From assembly GCA_030125685.1 (NCBI GenBank), contig JASJYA010000003.1:1-44551 (forward strand): a DNA stretch of 44,551 nt, read 5' to 3'. The position numbers were made by a program, and so were the translations under genes. Positions 1 to 8,552 of the stretch are shown here, in pieces; within the stretch, counting starts at the first letter, position 1, and the number at the start of each line of letters is the position of its first letter. The stretch is from Actinomycetota bacterium. Its GTDB lineage: Bacteria; Actinomycetota; Acidimicrobiia; Spongiisociales; UBA5794. Under the pieces are notes generated by a model. That model made no database searches. It was given only the letters and a program-made list of their open reading frames with translations, and was not told the origin of the DNA.

Positions 1-9
1 TTCGTCTTG

Positions 10-81
10 TGGGCGATACTGGATTTGAACCAGTGACCCCTGCCGTGTCGAGGCAGTGCTCTGCCGCTGAGCTAATCGCCC
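10..81 (-). tRNA. tRNA-Val(GAC)
   Basis: Reverse complement GGGCGATTAGCTCAGCGGCAGAGC...CTGCC-TCGACAC-GGCAG...GGTTCAAATCC...TCGCCCA folds as a cloverleaf with anticodon GAC; CCA not encoded. Confidence 0.96.
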
Positions 82-102
82 GTAAGGTGCATGTTAACGC
101 CG

Positions 103-173
103 AGGCGACGCCGGGAATCGAACCCGGGTTCAGGGTTTTGCAGACCCTTGCCTAGCCACTCGGCCACGTCGCC
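103..173 (-). tRNA. tRNA-Cys(GCA)
   Basis: Reverse complement GGCGACGTGGCCGAGTGGCTAGGC-AAGGGT-CTGCAAA-ACCCT...GGTTCGATTCC...CGTCGCCT; anticodon GCA. Confidence 0.96.
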
Positions 174-181
174 GATACTGA

Positions 182-203
182 AGGGCGGCCGAGTGACCGC
201 CCT
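182..203. other. GC-rich hairpin in the tRNA-Gly/tRNA-Cys spacer
   Basis: AGGGCGG-N8-CCGCCCT inverted repeat; function (processing or pausing) not determinable. Confidence 0.4.
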
Positions 204-210
204 CGCTTCG

Positions 211-283
211 AGCGGACGACCGGGTTCGAACCGGCGACCTCAACCTTGGCAAGGTTGCGCTCTACCAGCTGAGCTACGTCCGC
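211..283 (-). tRNA. tRNA-Gly(GCC)
   Basis: Reverse complement GCGGACGTAGCTCAGCTGGTAGAGCG-CAACC-TTGCCAA-GGTTG...GGTTCGAACCC...GTCCGCT; anticodon GCC; Gly-Cys-Val order is typical of actinobacteria. Confidence 0.96.
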
Positions 284-314
284 GACAGCGTGATGGTACC
301 ACGACGCGCATCGT

Positions 315-752
315 TCAAGCACCTCTGACACCGGTCGATCCGAACCCGCCAGGGCCTCTCGCCGTCTCCTCCAAGGCGTCAGATTCGAGGTATTGAGGCG
401 CCTGAACGGCCATTACGACGAGTTGAGCGATGCGGTCGCCCTCCTCGATGACGAACGGCTCCGACCCGTGATTGATCAACGCAACCTTGAGCTCTCCTCG
501 GTATCCCGAGTCGATGAGCCCAGGGGCGTTGAGGACCGTCACGCCGCTGCGAACCGCAAGGCCGCTACGCGGGAGCACAAAGCCTCCGTACCCCTCTGGG
601 ATCGACATTGACAGACCTGTGGCGACGAGCGCCCTCTCGCCGGGATCGATCGTCACAGATTCTGCTGCGACGAGGTCAGCACCCGCATCGCCGGGATGCG
701 CGAACTGAGGAAGTTGATTCGACGGGTCTCGGCGAACAACGGGTATCTTCAT
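315..752 (-). CDS. dut: dUTP diphosphatase
   Basis: Motifs AGADL, PRSGLA, GLIDSGYRGE, RIAQL, RGPGGFGSTG; start trimmed to MKIPVV at 752. Confidence 0.95.
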   Translation of the reverse strand: MKIPVVRRDPSNQLPQFAHPGDAGADLVAAESVTIDPGERALVATGLSMSIPEGYGGFVLPRSGLAVRSGVTVLNAPGLIDSGYRGELKVALINHGSEPFVIEEGDRIAQLVVMAVQAPQYLESDALEETARGPGGFGSTGVRGA

Positions 753-781
753 GTGACGATTCTCCCATGGAAGCGATATCG

Positions 782-1927
782 ATGGCAGGCAGCGGCGGCC
801 CGAAAGGGCCAGGCAACGACGGTAGCTGGTTCCTCGAAGCTGTTGGCGCGATTCCCGCGGCTCCGACACCGAGCGAAACCGTCGCCGCGCTGGAACTTGA
901 GAACACCCTCGCCGAGATTGACGCCGTAGGTGCGCGCCCGGACGTCGTAACCACCTTCGACGGGAGTACCGGAACCTCGACGTCGACGTACGCTCCGACG
1001 CAGCAAACGACTCAGGCCCAACCCGATTCTGCCCCGCATCTGGCTCTGCCGGCCTCACCCCCTGCGCCCCCCCACGCCGAGGACATACGTCTCGCTCCTG
1101 TCCTTCGTACGAGACGATGGTTCCGATGGCCCACGGTTGCCTTGGGAGTCTCCATCATCGCTGCTATTGCAATTGCAGCCGTATGGGTTCCTGCCGCACT
1201 TCGTCAGGAGGCACTTGCGACTCGCCACGCCTACGCCGAGGCTTCCCTCTCGGTTCGAGAGTATCTCCCGATCAGTCAGGGGGCACTCGCTGCAATTACC
1301 GATCCAGATTCAGATTCGGAGGAATTGTCCTCTGCAATACCGGCCATCTCTGAACTCGACAGTCACGCCCACAACCTTGAGAGTGCGGCTGACGAGCCAC
1401 TCCCCCGGCGCCTCCCCCTGGTCTCGATCGAGTCTGTCGAGGTGCTGGATTCCCTGCGCGACACAGCGCAGATTCACGCTTTCCAGGCATCAGATATTGC
1501 GCGGCGCCTCGGATACGCCTACGTGTACCGCTCAACGATCCCACAGCTTCTCTCGACGGGGGATTTGCCGACCGTGGCCGACGTGCGCACAATCAACACT
1601 TTGAGCGTCGACCTTGCTTCCTCTCTCGTAGAAGCCTCGATGGCTCTCAGCGATCTCCCCGACACCGAGTCATTGGCAAATCTCAACGAGGCCGCGCGCG
1701 GCGCTGTCGAACGGTATGCGTCGTGGCAGGACGATTATCTCACGGCCCTCTCCGAAGGGAGTGAGACGGCTGCTGAGTCACTCGTCTCTGAAATGCAGGA
1801 ACTCAGGTCCAACCTTGCATCAGAACTCAGGGACGCCATGGCGCTGGTGCGATTCGAGATCGACCGCCAGATCGTCGGACTGGCGACCGAACTTGATGCA
1901 TTCCTCGCGGAGCTCACCCAGTGGTAG
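782..1927 (+). CDS. Hypothetical single-pass membrane protein with Pro/Thr-rich N-terminus and helical C-terminal region
   Basis: Long ORF with one hydrophobic segment (VALGVSIIAAIAIAAVWVP); start 767 or 782 avoids overlap with dut. Confidence 0.7.
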   Translation: MAGSGGPKGPGNDGSWFLEAVGAIPAAPTPSETVAALELENTLAEIDAVGARPDVVTTFDGSTGTSTSTYAPTQQTTQAQPDSAPHLALPASPPAPPHAEDIRLAPVLRTRRWFRWPTVALGVSIIAAIAIAAVWVPAALRQEALATRHAYAEASLSVREYLPISQGALAAITDPDSDSEELSSAIPAISELDSHAHNLESAADEPLPRRLPLVSIESVEVLDSLRDTAQIHAFQASDIARRLGYAYVYRSTIPQLLSTGDLPTVADVRTINTLSVDLASSLVEASMALSDLPDTESLANLNEAARGAVERYASWQDDYLTALSEGSETAAESLVSEMQELRSNLASELRDAMALVRFEIDRQIVGLATELDAFLAELTQW

Positions 1928-2372
1928 AAGAATCACTGTCGAGCGCCGCGGCTTCCTTCTCGAAGTCACTCGCCTTCTGGAAGTCCTTGTACACAGATGC
2001 GAATCTCAGATAGCCGACTTCGTCGATATCCCTCAATCCGTCAAGAACGATCCTCCCGATCTCCTCTGCGTCGATGGACCCCTGAGAGATGTACGCAGCG
2101 CGCTCAACAGTGGCGACAAGATCATCGATGGCGTCCCTGGGAATGGGCCGATCAGCCATCGTGATCTCGACCCCCGTGCGCACCTTCGAAGCATCGAATG
2201 CCTGGCGCCTGCCATCTCGCTTGATCACAATCACCGCTGATGGCCGTTCGAATGTTGTGAAGCGATGTCCGCAGTGCGGACACGCTCTGCGGCGCCGGAT
2301 CGTGCGTCCCTCGTCGGCGGGTCTGGAATCAACGACCCTCGTGTCATCCGACGTGCAGAGTGGACAGCGCAT
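1914..2372 (-). CDS. nrdR: Transcriptional repressor NrdR
   Basis: MRCPxC...DSR...IRRRRxCxxCGHRFTTFE zinc ribbon, ATP cone, YLRFASVY. Confidence 0.97.
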   Translation of the reverse strand: MRCPLCTSDDTRVVDSRPADEGRTIRRRRACPHCGHRFTTFERPSAVIVIKRDGRRQAFDASKVRTGVEITMADRPIPRDAIDDLVATVERAAYISQGSIDAEEIGRIVLDGLRDIDEVGYLRFASVYKDFQKASDFEKEAAALDSDSSTTG

Positions 2373-2378
2373 TCTTAC

Positions 2379-2422
2379 AGGTTACAGGTCTCAGGTCACA
2401 GGAGCCAAGAGACCAAGAGAAC
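2379..2422. repeat. Short 7-nt tandem repeats (AGGTNAC-like, then CCAAGAG-like)
   Basis: AGGTTAC AGGTCTC AGGTCAC AGGAGCC followed by CCAAGAG-like units. Confidence 0.6.
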
Positions 2423-2437
2423 GGGGCTCCGCCTGAG

Positions 2438-2725
2438 TCAGGAAGACGTCACGGGGATCTCGATGACCTGCCCGGCTTGGAGCAGGCCGCCGTCGATACC
2501 GTTCAACTTCTCGATGACTGCTATCACGCGCCGGGGATCCGAGTCTGCCGGACCGTGCTCCTTGGCGATCTCCCACAACGTGTCGCCGGGCTGGACGCGG
2601 TAGTCAGTCGTATGTGTGACATCGCCCGTCGCCTGAACAGCAGAGGACAGGAAGAGCAGAACCGCAACAACCGTGATGGAGATGATGGAGAGCGCCCGGA
2701 ATCGTGCGCTTGCAATCACTGTCAT
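2438..2725 (-). CDS. Membrane-anchored LysM protein, probable SOS-induced division inhibitor (YneA/ChiZ/DivS-like)
   Basis: N-terminal hydrophobic helix plus LysM motif YRVQPGDTLWEIA...LNG...LQAGQVIEIP; divergent from lexA behind SOS boxes. Confidence 0.85.
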   Translation of the reverse strand: MTVIASARFRALSIISITVVAVLLFLSSAVQATGDVTHTTDYRVQPGDTLWEIAKEHGPADSDPRRVIAVIEKLNGIDGGLLQAGQVIEIPVTSS

Positions 2726-2932
2726 TTGTTCGTCTCCCTGTTCCTCTGCTACCCAGTTGTCGGTCCTCCCGTCTCCGGTCGGCCCGTCTCGGATGCTGCA
2801 ATTCCCGGGCATCCCCGGGAGATCTTCAGCTCCTGCAACCGACAGTACCGACCGGGTGTGACACGTTCCGATGCCTTTGGGCGCTGCACCGTTGGTTGGG
2901 GACTTCTTGGGGAGATGACCCTCACACCCGAC

Positions 2933-2946
2933 CGAACACTTGTTCG
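2933..2946. promoter_or_regulatory. LexA (SOS) box 1
   Basis: CGAAC-ACTT-GTTCG, perfect Gram-positive/actinobacterial consensus. Confidence 0.9.
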
Positions 2947-2964
2947 GTCGTGAACATAAGGTAT

Positions 2965-2978
2965 CGAACATATGTTCG
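2965..2978. promoter_or_regulatory. LexA (SOS) box 2
   Basis: CGAAC-ATAT-GTTCG. Confidence 0.9.
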
Positions 2979-3004
2979 TTTGTCAAGTCTAACACCTGCC
3001 CTAT

Positions 3005-3018
3005 CGAACATATGTTTG
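3005..3018. promoter_or_regulatory. LexA (SOS) box 3
   Basis: CGAAC-ATAT-GTTTG, one mismatch, upstream of the putative lexA -10 TACACT. Confidence 0.8.
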
Positions 3019-3066
3019 GTCGTGGTGGAAAATCCGCTACACTCGTCGTAACGAAGAGGAGGAATC

Positions 3067-3699
3067 GTGCCGGATCGCTCAAGCCTTACGACGAGACAGC
3101 GAGAGATTCTCGAACTCATCAGTTCAACGGTAGCGAGGCGGGGCTACCCGCCTTCGGTGCGCGAGATCGGCGAAATCGTCGGACTCAGTTCTCCTTCAAC
3201 CGTCCACTCGCACCTTTCGACCCTCGCCGCCGAAGGCTTCATTCGCAGGGATCCTTCCAAGCCGCGTGCCATAGAGGTCATCGTGGACGACGGCGCGACT
3301 CACATCAGCAGAGCCGCTGTGCGCGATGTGCCGCTCGTCGGCGCGATTGCAGCCGGCTCTCCAATTATCGCCGAAGAGGACATCGAAGAGATCTATCCCC
3401 TCCCGACGGAACTCGTAGGCAGGGAGCCGGTCTTCATGCTGAGAATCAGGGGAGATTCGATGCGCGACGCCGGCATCCTCGATCGTGACTACGTCGTCGT
3501 CCAGCGCCAGCAGACCGCGCGGAACGGCCAGATCATTGCTGCGCTCGTCGATGGAGAAGAAGCAACGGTCAAGACCTTCGAGCAGACCGCCGTTGGAGTC
3601 ACGCTCCATCCGGCCAACGATTCGTACGAACCTCTCGTGCTGACAGGAGGCGTCGAGATCCTCGGCGTCGTCGTAGCCGTGTTGCGCCGAATCGACTGA
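3067..3699 (+). CDS. lexA: SOS repressor LexA
   Basis: LTTRQREIL, GYPPSVREI, Ala-Gly cleavage site IAAG, catalytic GDSM Ser and ATVK Lys; SD GAGGAGG before GTG. Confidence 0.97.
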   Translation: MPDRSSLTTRQREILELISSTVARRGYPPSVREIGEIVGLSSPSTVHSHLSTLAAEGFIRRDPSKPRAIEVIVDDGATHISRAAVRDVPLVGAIAAGSPIIAEEDIEEIYPLPTELVGREPVFMLRIRGDSMRDAGILDRDYVVVQRQQTARNGQIIAALVDGEEATVKTFEQTAVGVTLHPANDSYEPLVLTGGVEILGVVVAVLRRID

Positions 3700-4455
3700 T
3701 CAGTCGACGGACCCAGCGAACGCGTATTCGGCGCCGCCCTCCATCCAGGCGCCCTCCTCGTCGAACCACACCCTGAGTACGCCGCCTGGAAGGTGCACAT
3801 CCATCGGAGAAGCAACATCGCGAATCGTGTGAGCGATGTACGCGGAAGCTGTAGCTCCCGTACCGGAGGCTCGGGTCTCCCCCACTCCCCGCTCCCAGAC
3901 GCGCACTCGGATTCCACCCCCTTCGAGCAATTCGACGAATTCGACATTTGTGCGGTTCGGAAACAACGGGTCATTCTCGATCGTAGGGCCGAGTTCGAGC
4001 ACTGGAGCCGTCTCGACATCATCCACGAAAAGCACAGCGTGCGGATTCCCGATCGCGAACGGGTGAACCTCGTGTCCGGCAATGGTCAATGTACCGGTTC
4101 TGAAGGGCGCCGGACGCCCGACGTACGCCACTACATCCTCCCCTGTCATCCTCACCGGATGATCTCCGACGGCGGTCTCAACGATAAATTCGGCGCTGTC
4201 GACCCAGTCCCTGTCGTAGGCGTACCTGGCGACACACCGCAGACCGTTGCCACAGATCTCAGCTTCGGTGCCATCGGCGTTCCAGTGGCGCATAGAGACG
4301 CGTTTCGACGACAACAGCGTCGCAACGAGAACTCCATCCGCGCCGATACCCGTACGACGTCGACACCAGTCGACTACACCGTCAGGGTCCGGTGCGTAGG
4401 GACCCTCAACGACGATGAAGTCGTTCCCGAGTCCGTGCATCTTCACAAAGTCCAT
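3700..4455 (-). CDS. dapF: Diaminopimelate epimerase (second catalytic Cys replaced by Ser)
   Basis: KMHGLGNDF, GIGADG, CGNGLRC, GNPH, TNVEF, ERGVGETRASGTG; start at MDFVK. Confidence 0.92.
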   Translation of the reverse strand: MDFVKMHGLGNDFIVVEGPYAPDPDGVVDWCRRRTGIGADGVLVATLLSSKRVSMRHWNADGTEAEICGNGLRCVARYAYDRDWVDSAEFIVETAVGDHPVRMTGEDVVAYVGRPAPFRTGTLTIAGHEVHPFAIGNPHAVLFVDDVETAPVLELGPTIENDPLFPNRTNVEFVELLEGGGIRVRVWERGVGETRASGTGATASAYIAHTIRDVASPMDVHLPGGVLRVWFDEEGAWMEGGAEYAFAGSVD

Positions 4456-5363
4456 CCGGCAGCCTCCCCGATGCGGTTCACGACCGCTTCGATTCTCGCG
4501 TCCTCCCCATCCTGCCACGCCATCCACTGGATGCGCGGATCTCGCCTGAAAAATGTTCGTTGGCGTTTGACGAGTCCGCGAGTCGCGCGAACGGCGGCTT
4601 CGGTGGCTTCTTTCAGCGTTGACGTTCCTCTGATGAAGCCGAGCAGCTCCCTGTAACCAACAGCCTGGGCCGCGGTCCGTCCGAACCTCGGGGCGAGAGC
4701 CTCTACCTCAGCTACTAGACCGTCGTCGAGCATCCTCGCAAATCGAGCTTCGATGCGCTCACCAGAGCGATCTCCCGGATCGAACCCGAGCGAGACATGG
4801 GGAACTGTCGGTCGATACTCACGCAGCGCATCTGATTCCGGGGTATTCGCGCGTTCACTCGGCGTTAGGCCCGTGATCCTCCACACCTCAATGGCTCTGA
4901 TCACGCGGCGAGGATTCTGAAAGTCGAGAACGTCCGGGGCGGCGTGATCAACTGCGATCAAGATCTCTTGCAACTCTTCGAAGGTCGCCTCCTCAAGCTC
5001 TCGCCGGATCGCCACGTCTGTCGGAGGGAACGTCATCGGGTCGACGAGCGCCCGAAAGTGCAACCCTGACCCTCCTGCTACGACGATTCGGTCCCCTGCG
5101 GCCCCCGCCTTCTCGAGAACGGCGCGCCCCTGTCTCTGGAACTCGGCTACCGAGAAGTGCTCGCTCACATCGGCGACATCGATCAAGTGATGCGGGATGC
5201 TCTGTCTTGTTTCGAGAGACGGCTTTGCGGTGCCGATATCCATACCTCGGTAGACCTGCATCGAGTCGACCGACAGAATGGATGCATCGAAATGCGACGC
5301 TACGGCTTCAGCTGTGGTCGACTTGCCAGATGCGGTAGGGCCGAGGATGGCGACGACGTTCAG
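4443..5363 (-). CDS. miaA: tRNA dimethylallyltransferase, probable CTG start
   Basis: P-loop GPTASGKS and DS lie in frame upstream of the track's ATG (5261); then MQVYRGMDIGTAKP, GGSGLH, NPRRVIRAIE, KRQRTFF. Confidence 0.92.
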   Translation of the reverse strand: MNVVAILGPTASGKSTTAEAVASHFDASILSVDSMQVYRGMDIGTAKPSLETRQSIPHHLIDVADVSEHFSVAEFQRQGRAVLEKAGAAGDRIVVAGGSGLHFRALVDPMTFPPTDVAIRRELEEATFEELQEILIAVDHAAPDVLDFQNPRRVIRAIEVWRITGLTPSERANTPESDALREYRPTVPHVSLGFDPGDRSGERIEARFARMLDDGLVAEVEALAPRFGRTAAQAVGYRELLGFIRGTSTLKEATEAAVRATRGLVKRQRTFFRRDPRIQWMAWQDGEDARIEAVVNRIGEAAGWTL

Positions 5364-6748
5364 GAGACCGGGCTCCCGACGAGGTAGTGCGGTGCGGCCC
5401 GGGTGATTACGACCGGGAACGAGATCCCGGGTTCCCAGACGCCCGCGACATGAACGATGCGGGCGCCGCGCGTGCGGGTCGTGGCCGTCTCGGGGTCGCG
5501 CTTCGATGGACCCTCGACCATAACCTCGAAGGTGCCTCCGACCTGTTCAAGGTTCCGTTCGTAGGTGATGCCGTTCTGGAGTTGGACGAGCCGATCGAAG
5601 CGCTCCTGCACTACCTCGCCTGGCACTCTGTCACTCATCGTGGCGGCAGGTGTGCCTGGTCTCGGGGAGAACTGGAACATGAAGGCGTTGTCGAATCGTG
5701 CCTGTTCCATCACCTCAAGGGTGCGTTCGAAGTCCTCGTCGGATTCACCAGGGAAGCCCACGATGACGTCGGTCGAGGCTGCTAGCCCCGGCACGATGGA
5801 GCGCATCATCTCGAGCTTTTCAAGGAATCGGCGTGCTGTATATCCGCGGTGCATTGCAGCGAGAACGCGGTCGGAGCCCGATTGAAGGGGGAAGTGAATC
5901 TGCTCGCACACCGCATCCGTCTCGGCCATGGCGAGAGCCACATCCTCACGAAAGTCTTTCGGGTGGGGACTCGTGTATCGGATACGTTCAACGCCCGCGA
6001 CCTGGCCCACCCTCCGAAGGAGATCTGCGAAGAGCGGCTTCCGGCCATTCAGATCTAGGTCGCGGCCGTACGAGTTGACGTTCTGCCCTAGGAGCGTGAC
6101 CTCCTTCACCCCCTCCGATACGAGCAATTCGACCTCGCGAATAACGTCACCCGGCCTGCGAGAGATCTCGGGACCACGCACGATGGGTACGATGCAGAAC
6201 GTACAAGAATTGTTGCAGCCGACCGTGATCGTCACCCAGGCGGAGTGCTCAGACTCGCGCTGGACGGGGAGGCCGCTTGGGAGGATTGTCTCGGGTTTCG
6301 TCTCATCCCATATCTCGGTGACCGGTCCCCACTCGTCAACGTGGTCGAGCAGGTCCACGATTCTGTGGGTATTGTGCGTTCCGAATACAATGTCGACCCA
6401 CTCCGCGCGCTCGTGGATGAGCTCTCGCTGTTTCTGGGCGGAGCATCCTCCGACAGCGATCCTGAGGCTCGGGTTCGCGAGCTTGTGACGCTTGAGCGAA
6501 CCGAGGTAGCCAAAGAGCTTTGTGTCGGCGTTCTCTCGAATGGTGCAGGTGTTGAGCACGATGAGATCAGCGTCTTCCACGGTCTCCGTCGGCGTCATGC
6601 CGTCACGCTCCAGGAGGCCTGCGATGCGCTCGGAGTCGTGTGCGTTCATCTGACATCCGAACGTCCGGATGTAGTACCGCTGTCCCTCACGTGTACGCTG
6701 TCGAACTTCTCTGACGCCCGGCATATCGAGCGAGGTGGTCTGCAACAT
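5360..6748 (-). CDS. miaB: tRNA-2-methylthio-N6-dimethylallyladenosine synthase
   Basis: TFGCQMN, NTC, GC N-terminal cysteines, CNNSCTFC radical-SAM motif, GFPGE, FSPRPGTPA, C-terminal TRAM; adjacent to miaA. Confidence 0.96.
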   Translation of the reverse strand: MLQTTSLDMPGVREVRQRTREGQRYYIRTFGCQMNAHDSERIAGLLERDGMTPTETVEDADLIVLNTCTIRENADTKLFGYLGSLKRHKLANPSLRIAVGGCSAQKQRELIHERAEWVDIVFGTHNTHRIVDLLDHVDEWGPVTEIWDETKPETILPSGLPVQRESEHSAWVTITVGCNNSCTFCIVPIVRGPEISRRPGDVIREVELLVSEGVKEVTLLGQNVNSYGRDLDLNGRKPLFADLLRRVGQVAGVERIRYTSPHPKDFREDVALAMAETDAVCEQIHFPLQSGSDRVLAAMHRGYTARRFLEKLEMMRSIVPGLAASTDVIVGFPGESDEDFERTLEVMEQARFDNAFMFQFSPRPGTPAATMSDRVPGEVVQERFDRLVQLQNGITYERNLEQVGGTFEVMVEGPSKRDPETATTRTRGARIVHVAGVWEPGISFPVVITRAAPHYLVGSPVS

Positions 6749-6775
6749 GACGCCCCAATGTGTCCGGCGAGCAGT

Positions 6776-8302
6776 CTACCGAGCGTAGTCTTTCGCACGG
6801 AATTCACGGATTACGGTTACTTCGATCTGACCGGGATACTGTAGGTCGTGCTCGAGTCTTCTTGCTATAGACCTCGCGAGCGACTTGGAAGCCATATCGT
6901 CCAGCGTACCCGGGTCGACTACGACTCTTACTTCTCGGCCCGCCTGGAGCGCGAACGCTCTCTCCACACCGTCGAAATCCATAGCGATCTCTTCGAGTTG
7001 CTCGAGACGTCGAACATAGGAGTCGAGCGCTTCCCGCCTTGCGCCGGGCCTCGCGGCCGACACGGCATCAGCAGCCTGGACGAGAACCGCGGTAAGGGTG
7101 CGGGGCTCAACTTCATTGTGGTGCGCTTCGATGGCGTGAACGATGGCGGGACCCTCACCAAACCGTCGGGCGATTTCGGCGCCTATCAGGGCGTGGGAAC
7201 CCCCGACTTCGTGGCTCACGGCTTTCCCGATATCGTGGAGGAAAGCAGCTCTCTTGACTTCGGCCTCATCCACGCCGAGCTCAGCAGCAAGCATGCCCGC
7301 AATGTGAGCTGATTCGATGAGATGATTGAGCACATTCTGTCCGTAGCTCGTTCGGTACTTCAATCGCCCAATGAGAGTGACAAGCTCAGGGTGGATCCTT
7401 GTCAATCCGACATCAAGCATTGCCCACTCACCTGCATCTCTGATCGACTGCTCAACTTCGTCTTTGGCCTTCTCATGCGCCTCCTCAATGGAGGACGGAT
7501 GAATCCTGCCGTCCTCAACGAGGCGGGTGAGGGCGAGCCGCGCAACCTCCCGACGCACCGGATCAAACGTGGACACCGAGACGGACTCAGGCGTGTCATC
7601 AACGATCAAATCTACGCCTGCAATGGCCTCGAACGACCTGATGTTGCGACCGTCCTTTCCAATGATTCGTCCCTTCATGTCGTCAGAGGGGAGAGGAACC
7701 GTCGATGTCGTAGTTTCAGCGACCACTTCGGATGCAACGCGCTGGATCACTCCTGCGAGGATGCGTCGTGAACGCCGCAACGCTTCCTCGCGTGCTCTGG
7801 TCTCGATATCTCGAACGAGAACCATCGCATCTCTTCTCGCTTCATCTTCTACCTTCTGGAGGAGCTCCTCCTTCGCAGCCCGCGAATCAAAACCGGCGAG
7901 GGCTTCGAGTTCGAGTCGGGCCTCTTCCTGAGACCGCGCTGCTTCAGCGGCCACCTCTTTCGCGGCACGCTCCATGTCGATGACGAGTTCCTCCCGTTGG
8001 GCGAGGTTCGCGCCACGCTGTTCGAGCGTCTCCGCACGGTGCTCGAGCGTCGAGCTCTTGGCATCGATCTCGACGCGCCGGTGTTCGAGCGTCGCGTCCT
8101 CCCTATCGCGATAGGTGTCAGCGAGGGCGCGGGCGTCCTCCTCCGCGCGCGCGAGGATTCGTTGAGCGTCCACTCGTGCGTCTGAGATGATCTCGTCAGG
8201 CGCGGGCGGTATCTTGATAAGTCTGCGACCGACCAGGAGCCCTCCGAGGAAGACGCCTGACACGACCAATCCGGGGATGAGCAGACTGAGCGTCTGTTCC
8301 AT
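6776..8302 (-). CDS. rny: Ribonuclease Y
   Basis: N-terminal TM helix, coiled coil, KH motif MKGRIIGKDGRNIR, RTSYGQNVLNH, HD motif LHDIGK, SAARPGAR, YPGQI. Confidence 0.96.
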   Translation of the reverse strand: MEQTLSLLIPGLVVSGVFLGGLLVGRRLIKIPPAPDEIISDARVDAQRILARAEEDARALADTYRDREDATLEHRRVEIDAKSSTLEHRAETLEQRGANLAQREELVIDMERAAKEVAAEAARSQEEARLELEALAGFDSRAAKEELLQKVEDEARRDAMVLVRDIETRAREEALRRSRRILAGVIQRVASEVVAETTTSTVPLPSDDMKGRIIGKDGRNIRSFEAIAGVDLIVDDTPESVSVSTFDPVRREVARLALTRLVEDGRIHPSSIEEAHEKAKDEVEQSIRDAGEWAMLDVGLTRIHPELVTLIGRLKYRTSYGQNVLNHLIESAHIAGMLAAELGVDEAEVKRAAFLHDIGKAVSHEVGGSHALIGAEIARRFGEGPAIVHAIEAHHNEVEPRTLTAVLVQAADAVSAARPGARREALDSYVRRLEQLEEIAMDFDGVERAFALQAGREVRVVVDPGTLDDMASKSLARSIARRLEHDLQYPGQIEVTVIREFRAKDYAR

Positions 8303-8552
8303 TGCTGTCCTCGCTCCCCCGTTACGCAAACGCGGCGCGCCGAGCCGGATCGGCTCGGCACACGCAGGACATACTTGGCTTAAGGCGGCGGGTTGGGGCT
8401 GAGTGACCCTAGGTTACCGGGTACCTCGGTCGCCGTATATGTCGTGTTGAATCGTTCACGTTTCGGATTCTCAGGTTTCAGTTGATTTCATGTGCCTTGT
8501 ACTGCGATGCTACAACATCAACGCTGATTCTGGAACGCGAAAACCAGATTTC

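Noticed and set aside
91-396. 101-aa plus-strand ORF
   Set aside because: Antisense to the tRNA genes; shadow ORF
753-1058. N-terminal extension of dut in the ORF track
   Set aside because: dUTPase motifs begin at MKIPVV; the extension overlaps the divergent gene
2726-3082. N-terminal extension of the LysM ORF
   Set aside because: Runs through SOS boxes into lexA; SD-like GGGAG and signal-like helix support the start at 2725
8303-8552. 6S RNA upstream of rny
   Set aside because: No long rod with central bulge recognisable by eye; an Rfam scan would be needed
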